A stretch of DNA of 64,000 nucleotides, from assembly GCA_043228905.1 (NCBI GenBank), contig JBHGNT010000008.1, positions 21,390,001 through 21,454,000 of the forward strand, read 5' to 3'. Of the stretch, positions 57,826 to 64,000 are shown one piece after another; positions within the stretch are counted from its first letter, which is position 1, and every line of letters begins with the position of its first letter. Under the pieces are notes generated by a model. That model was not told the origin of the DNA. It saw only the letters and a list, made by a program, of their open reading frames with translations, and made no database searches. The translations under genes were made by a program, and so were the position numbers. This DNA comes from Azolla caroliniana (Eukaryota > Plantae > Polypodiophyta).

Positions 57826-59517
57826 TCACATATGGGGGTTAGCCTCTGAATTCATGTGAATAAATTGATCAAAGCATCTATATCCTACTTCAACTTCCCC
57901 ATACATCTTACAAGCAGTAAGCATAGATGCCCACATTCCTTCGTCATATAATGGTCTTGGCACATTTTGTAATAAAAGCTTCTCGGCCTCTTTCACACCT
58001 CCAGACCGTGCCATGAGATCAATAATAGATGTGTAATGTCCAATGTTCGGCCTAATGTTGTACTTTTCTCTCATTGTTTCGAAATACTCCCAAGACTCAG
58101 TGACCATCCGAGCATGGCTGCATGCGGCAAGAAGACATGTAAAGGTTACTTTATCAGGCTTAACCTCTTGTTTTTGCATTTCATTGAAGCATTGTATCGC
58201 TAGTTTACCCTCATGGTTCATGGCATATGCATTTATGATCGAGTTCCATGCATATATATCTCGAATAGACAACATCCTGAACACTTCATGTGCCTCTAAA
58301 AGTAAGCCACTTTTTGCATACATCTTTATCAAAGAATTTACTATGAAGAGATCAGTATCATATCCCTTACATATGATCTCAACATATAATTCTTGCCCCT
58401 TTTCAATGGCCCCAACCTCACTACATGCCTTTAAAACACTTGCAAAAGTGACAACATCAGGGAAGAGTCTGTGCAATAGCATATCTTCAAATAATTTAAG
58501 TGCTTCATGATAAGGTCCATGTTCAGCAAAGCCGGCAATCAAAGAAGTCCATGATGTGGCATCCGCACAGATACCCTCCAGATGCATTTGTCCAAAACAC
58601 TTAAATGCTGCCCAAACAAAACCATGCTCTGCATACCCTTGAATCAACACATTCCAAGACACAACATTTCGAACGATGAGATTATCAAAAACTTCTTGTG
58701 CCTCTAGAAGCGCACCACATTTAGCATACATGTCAACCAATGTGTTTCCAAGCACTATATTTCCCCTCAATTTCTCTACGGGAATCTCCTTGCTTATTTC
58801 TCGGCCTTTGTCAATGGCTCTTATACTACCACATGCTTTCAGCACACAAACTAGTGTGAGATCATTCGGAGACACTCCCTCTTCTTGCATTTGTTTGAAG
58901 CATCGCAGTGCCTCTTCACCGGGCCCATATTCGGCATATCCCGAAATTAATGCCGTCCATGAAACCACATCCCGAACCACAAGATGCTCAAAAACCTCTC
59001 TTGCCTTCAAAACTGAACCACACTTCACATACATATCGATTAAGGTATTGTCCATGTAAAGATCTCTTATTTTAAACTTCATTATCTCAGCGTGCAACTT
59101 TCCCCCTAATTCGACACTTCTGGACCTTGAACAACCGCGCAAAAGTGCCATAAAAGTGTACATACTGGGATCGACTCCGTGCAATTTCATAGTTCTGTAG
59201 AGATCGAATGCCAGCATTACCTGTCCAGTATCGACATATGCACATATGAGTGCTGTCCATGAGTGCTCGTTTCGGTACGAAAGTTTCATCATAGCTTGCT
59301 CAGCCGAATGCATACATTCACATTCCACAAACATTTGCACTACATGGTTCCCTACTGATGAATGTGAATCCATTCCATAGCTACAAGCCATGACATATAT
59401 GGCCTTAGAGGAACTGACATTCTTCAACTTCTTACATTTTTGTAAGTTAAGGATCAAAGTTTCAACAGAAGGCACATCGTTTCCTTGTTTGAGAGTCTTG
59501 TACCCAAGAAAACCCAT
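57826..59517 (-). CDS. PLS-class pentatricopeptide repeat protein (RNA-editing factor type), ORF ending inside the E domain
   Basis: Repeated P-L-S motifs (NTLIDMYVKCG, DVVSWTALISGY, PDVVTFASVLKAC) and E1/E2 motifs (HYTSIIDLMARSG, WASMLTACKMYG). Confidence 0.88.
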   Translation of the reverse strand: MGFLGYKTLKQGNDVPSVETLILNLQKCKKLKNVSSSKAIYVMACSYGMDSHSSVGNHVVQMFVECECMHSAEQAMMKLSYRNEHSWTALICAYVDTGQVMLAFDLYRTMKLHGVDPSMYTFMALLRGCSRSRSVELGGKLHAEIMKFKIRDLYMDNTLIDMYVKCGSVLKAREVFEHLVVRDVVSWTALISGYAEYGPGEEALRCFKQMQEEGVSPNDLTLVCVLKACGSIRAIDKGREISKEIPVEKLRGNIVLGNTLVDMYAKCGALLEAQEVFDNLIVRNVVSWNVLIQGYAEHGFVWAAFKCFGQMHLEGICADATSWTSLIAGFAEHGPYHEALKLFEDMLLHRLFPDVVTFASVLKACSEVGAIEKGQELYVEIICKGYDTDLFIVNSLIKMYAKSGLLLEAHEVFRMLSIRDIYAWNSIINAYAMNHEGKLAIQCFNEMQKQEVKPDKVTFTCLLAACSHARMVTESWEYFETMREKYNIRPNIGHYTSIIDLMARSGGVKEAEKLLLQNVPRPLYDEGMWASMLTACKMYGEVEVGYRCFDQFIHMNSEANPHM

Positions 59518-59821
59518 GTCCGAGGAGAAATATCTTCTAGGATTACAACTTCTTATGCATACCTTTCATCAGATTTCCTCAACTTTTAGAGCAAAAGGAG
59601 CAATGGTGTGATCATTGATCTATCTCTCCAGGGTTGTTTTATAAAGAAACCAGACGATCATCCATCCATACCTGCGTTGAAGAAAGAGATCAAGTGATAG
59701 GGCTTGCCCATGAGTTGGATGTGATTCGGGGGAGCATCAGATTACGGTGCATATCTTGCATATTCCTGAGATCATCATCCATGGCCAGAGCTTAGCGAAA
59801 AGAGCAGAGTGGCAAAGGTCT

Positions 59822-59940
59822 GGGGAAATTACAAAAATAGCCCCCTACTAATTTTTGGTATATTTGCAAGGATGACCCTCTAGTTCCTCAAAACTACAAA
59901 TGAAGAACACATTTTCACACTTAAAAAAAAAGAGTCCTTC
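59822..59940. mobile_element. Possible MULE TIR remnant
   Basis: GGGGAAATTACAAAAATAGCCCC start followed by AT-rich sub-repeats; no partner found. Confidence 0.35.
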
Positions 59941-60220
59941 AAATAAAGTTCTTCACATTCGGAAAAGGTCGGGGGGTCAATGCGGGTCTCTAAACTAAGA
60001 GTCACGCTTGTATTATTGACCTCGTCAAAAAAACTAATGCACCAAAGCCATGGAATCTCAAAGAATATGGAATCTCGAAGAATATTAACATGCTTGCTTG
60101 TTAGCCACAACTCAATGAATGAATGGTGCAGAGTTCGAGTCCCCAACCATGAGAATCGCCCCCCAATGTTGATTGGGCTGGGGTCCATTAGATCACAAGA
60201 TAAAGTAGATAAGGTCCACT

Positions 60221-60718
60221 TGCCAGCAACCATGACCTTATACAACATACCAAGCTTGTAGTACCTCCACTTGTTTCACACCTCGATCCATAGACACGCA
60301 CAAATGGCATTCTTTGTTGCAACTTGGGCAGCAAATGGTCCCGCTCCTACTTTGTTGTGTCTTGATGTGTTTATCCTATTGTGTGTTCACATTTTAAATC
60401 CCCCAAACCCTAGGCTTGATAAACCTTCACGACCGGTATCTTTCCAACATTTTAAGGGTTTGAAACTCATATCACTTTGGTGAAGCTCCATTGAAAGCAA
60501 ATTGTATTGTAATGTTCCAGCTATGACCTTACACAACATACCGTGCACATAGTCTTGCCCCTACTTTTGTCTATGTCGTGACGTGTTTATCCTATTGTGT
60601 GTACACATCTAAAGTTCCCTGAACCCTAGGGTTGATGGAATTTCACAACATGTATCGCTCCAACCATGTCACTTTGGGGTAAAGTTCCATTGAAAGCAAA
60701 TGATTTGTAACGTTCCTC
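60221..60718. repeat. Degenerate tandem duplication (2 copies)
   Basis: ATGACCTTAYACAACATACC, GTGTTTATCCTATTGTGTGT, AACCCTAGG and CCATTGAAAGCAAAT each occur twice in the same order. Confidence 0.75.
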
Positions 60719-61526
60719 GTTTTTCATATAACTCACAACGTTTCATACTTGGCATTAAGTTGCTACATGGAAATGAAATAAATGATCCTCAATATAAAAG
60801 GAGTGTTAAAGTGTCATAATTCTTCCATCAAGTTTGTATGCTTGTTTGAAATATATAATAATACCTGAAAATTCAATATAAATATTCTAATAGTACACCT
60901 AAGTGAAGTATATATATGTCTCTCACTTATGTGTGCAAGGCATGGGAGATATTCGCATGGGAGATATTCTTTGTGACACGCACCATACATAGTCAATTTA
61001 GTGATTGAAAGACATGATAAAAGAATTCATGGGAAGTAACATTTAGGGTATGATGATCGCTTACCAACATTACAAACTTTCATGATGCTTGTTAACCATG
61101 TTGAGGTATATAATAGTTGAAAAGGTAATTTACATAGTCTACTCTACTTACTACACTTGGTCAAAGAGCCAATTGGGAAGTAATATGTCACATGTGTGTC
61201 CAACAATGGATATGGTATCTTACTCAAAGCCTTGTGTACAATATGCTGAACTAATTGGTGATTTACAGAAGAAAATTTGCCATGTTACATATAAATGAAG
61301 TTGATGTAAGAGGTTTGAAATATGAGTGCTAAGACTACAAAGAATGTGTTGGACTTGTTTGAAAAGTTCTTGTGATGCCTATATTTTAGGATGAAAAAAA
61401 TAGCTGTCCCAATCATTCTTTTGTCTAAATAATTGTGCGTGTTTTGTAAGAGTGGTTGAGCTTTTTCAAGAACAGACCACTAGGCCATAGGGCCACAAGT
61501 ATATCACTTTGAGCCATTCAAGCGAT

Positions 61527-63269
61527 TCATGCACCAGCGAGAACATTGTGATTGCAATGTGAAAGTGACCAGACTTTGATGGTTTCATCAATGCTCCTAG
61601 TGTAGATGATACAACTTGAGTCCATGTCTAAGATTTGAGGGTGAGTATGTTGGTTGGAAGAGACAAAGATGGACTTCACGGGACCATCATGTCCCTCAAG
61701 CATGCCAATGCGGCGTAAATGCGCCCGGGTGTGAACAAACAATCCTCTCTTGCCGTTGTGATGGAAATCCAAACTCGAAACTCCATTTCCACAACTTGAG
61801 CTTCTTTCTTGCAACTTTCTTTGTAGATACAGGGTGCGAGGAGGTGTGGCATTAACACAACTTTTCATCATGCAAGCATCATGAGAATAGCCAAGACAAT
61901 GACTTTTTGGCATGGAATCAAGAGGAGTGGCATCATCATTACTCTTTGATGTGGTATCGAGATTGGTAACAAGTGCATCGTTGTCATGATAGTGACATGT
62001 GGAAGCATCGTCATTATTGGCACCAAGGATATTGAGCTTCCATATGCTACTCTTTGACACTTTAGTGACATCTCCATCAATACCATCAACATGGGTATCG
62101 ACTTTCCATACGCGCACCGTCTTGTCTGCGGAGCCGCTTAAGAGGACTTCTCCGTAGATCGTAGAGGCAACAATGCACAAGCACAGGATGGGCAACCGAT
62201 GTGCACGTCGGGACTCACGAAGCTCTCCGATGTAATCCCGGCCCTCGCCTTTCCCCCATATGCATATAACTCCATCGGAGCCCCCGGAGAAGAGAAGCTC
62301 ACCATCGTTACTAAGGGCTAGGGAATTCACCGATGTCGACGTGGCATGGCCCCGGCCCCCGCAAAGTGTGGTGATACAAACATGTTTCTTCTTCTTCTCC
62401 TTCTTCTTTGACAACCACACGGACAAGTGGCTACTGTCCGATTCATCGTCTCCTTCTCTTCTCCACACTTTGATGGTCCCATCCGAGGAGCTCGTGTATA
62501 GAAACCCATCGGGACTCGCGACCATGGCTTGTACCGCATCGTGATGGGCTGGGAAACCTTCTAGACACTTGAGGTCCTTGAGTCTCCAAACTTTGATGGT
62601 TTTGTCCCAAGACCCAGAGTAAAGGACTGGTGATGAATCAAGAGAGCCTAGGGCAAGGCATGAGATGGTATCAGAATGCTCAATCCATAGCCTCTTCTCA
62701 TGTCTCCTAACTTGCACATAATTCCTTTGTGAGAGGCCCTTTATGAAGCAATCCTTTCTCCTAGGCATTGAACCAATTTGCTTGTGCTTTGGAATGAATG
62801 GCTCTGAGCCCTTCCTCCTCCTTCCTTCATCTTCTCTACTCCTCTTGTTGGTCTTCATCCAAACCCTAATTCTGGGCTCTCCGCCGTGTGCCGAGAAGAT
62901 GCGGCCGCCCGCCGACACCATAGCTTTGATGCTTGGGCCTCCTAGCATAATCCCCTCATGTTGTTGTTGTTGTTGTGAGAGAGCAGAGATGCTTGTGGGA
63001 GCAGCAGTGGATATGGTCTCTAACAAGCAATGAGAAAGCTGTGGCTCATCTGTCTTGGTGAGTGAGGAGGATCCATGGAAGCTTCCATGATGAGTAGGGG
63101 AGGAAGTAAGAGAGGAAAACAAAGAAGAATCGGATTGATCACAAGAAGAAGAGGATTGATCAGAAGAAGAAAGGAGGAGGTGTAGGCAAGGGTCAGACTT
63201 GGATTGATCGATGGAGATCTTCATCTCCATAGCTTCTTCTTCTTCTTTGTGGATTGGGTCAAATTCCAT
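61527..63269 (-). CDS. Intronless WD40-repeat protein, JINGUBANG-like (580 aa)
   Basis: NYVQVRRHEKRLWIEHSDTISCL, LYSGSWDKTIKVWR, AHHDAVQA, LSGSADKTVRVW, GHDGPVK. Confidence 0.88.
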   Translation of the reverse strand: MEFDPIHKEEEEAMEMKISIDQSKSDPCLHLLLSSSDQSSSSCDQSDSSLFSSLTSSPTHHGSFHGSSSLTKTDEPQLSHCLLETISTAAPTSISALSQQQQQHEGIMLGGPSIKAMVSAGGRIFSAHGGEPRIRVWMKTNKRSREDEGRRRKGSEPFIPKHKQIGSMPRRKDCFIKGLSQRNYVQVRRHEKRLWIEHSDTISCLALGSLDSSPVLYSGSWDKTIKVWRLKDLKCLEGFPAHHDAVQAMVASPDGFLYTSSSDGTIKVWRREGDDESDSSHLSVWLSKKKEKKKKHVCITTLCGGRGHATSTSVNSLALSNDGELLFSGGSDGVICIWGKGEGRDYIGELRESRRAHRLPILCLCIVASTIYGEVLLSGSADKTVRVWKVDTHVDGIDGDVTKVSKSSIWKLNILGANNDDASTCHYHDNDALVTNLDTTSKSNDDATPLDSMPKSHCLGYSHDACMMKSCVNATPPRTLYLQRKLQERSSSCGNGVSSLDFHHNGKRGLFVHTRAHLRRIGMLEGHDGPVKSIFVSSNQHTHPQILDMDSSCIIYTRSIDETIKVWSLSHCNHNVLAGA

Positions 63270-63473
63270 GGATTATACTCTGTTTTTTTTCCTTTTGGGC
63301 AAAATGCTCTGTTTCTATGGTGAGTGAGAGGAACAGAGTCACTTCCTGTTTTTATATAACACACATCACACCTAAAAGTTTATTCTTTTCTTTCCCTTCA
63401 ATTCCAACGTTTCTTCTTACTTTCTTTGGTTGTCTATCCCTTTTGATTCTTCACCAAACGGTCATATACATAG

Positions 63474-63623
63474 TATACATACATACATACATACATACAT
63501 ACATACATACATACATACATACATACATACATACATACCATACATACTATACATACTATACATACATACATACATACATACATACATACATACATGCATG
63601 CATACTATACATACATACATACA
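63474..63623. repeat. (ATAC)n microsatellite
   Basis: Seen directly; lies ~200 bp upstream of the WD40 start codon. Confidence 0.97.
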
Positions 63624-64000
63624 TGTGTGTGTTTGTATGGGCTTTGCTTGAATGTTGACATTGTCTGGACCTAGAGCCTCGACCAACCACAATGTTCGTC
63701 GATCATTGCTAGTCTTTTTCCATGTTGAGTTTCACAATGCTCCATCGCAAAACAAATGTTACCAAACCTTAGTAGAAATCTGATGGTTGTATGTGGTATC
63801 GGCTTCTCCGACCAAAACCCTCCCATTTACGAGCATGTCATGCATTTATGGAGTCCATATGCTCATAGATCAAACCATTACCTCGAATTTTCTGAACTTC
63901 TTTGAACGTATTGAGGCCTCTGGTTTTGCGATAGTACGAAGGTTCTAATTTGGATATGGATGCAAAGGATTAAATGGCATAAAATAGTCATACAACACAT

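Overview
Eukaryotic plant nuclear DNA. A seed-free vascular plant such as a fern is my inference, from the PLS-PPR gene, a Ylt1/Phygy-like Gypsy and an RTEX-like LINE. Bases 1-47 kb are a dense retrotransposon pile-up that can be resolved using LTRs, PBS/PPT motifs and target-site duplications (TSDs). It holds a Gypsy 3' end and an HSP90 gene fragment beside a MULE-like terminus. A Copia solo LTR is split by an apparently intact RTEX-like LINE. A nest follows in which Copia A contains Copia B, which in turn contains Copia D, a solo LTR and Gypsy C. Further Gypsy remnants and an intact full-length L1 complete the region. Bases 51-63.3 kb are a gene island with a 3-exon CSLD, tRNA-His(GUG), a PLS-class PPR gene with a frameshifted E domain and a single-exon JINGUBANG-like WD40 gene. 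The most notable signals are: (1) an in-frame UGA-CGG junction between LINE ORF1 and an AUG-less ORF2, a candidate viral-type stop-codon readthrough; (2) a minimal type-I hammerhead ribozyme at the end of a 1.3-kb polypyrimidine tract; (3) an antisense tRNA-like Pol III A/B-box cassette at a conserved position in three diverged Gypsy LTR types; (4) a GGAUUUU -1 frameshift site between gag-PR and RT-RH-INT. All calls were made by eye and no database searches were run.
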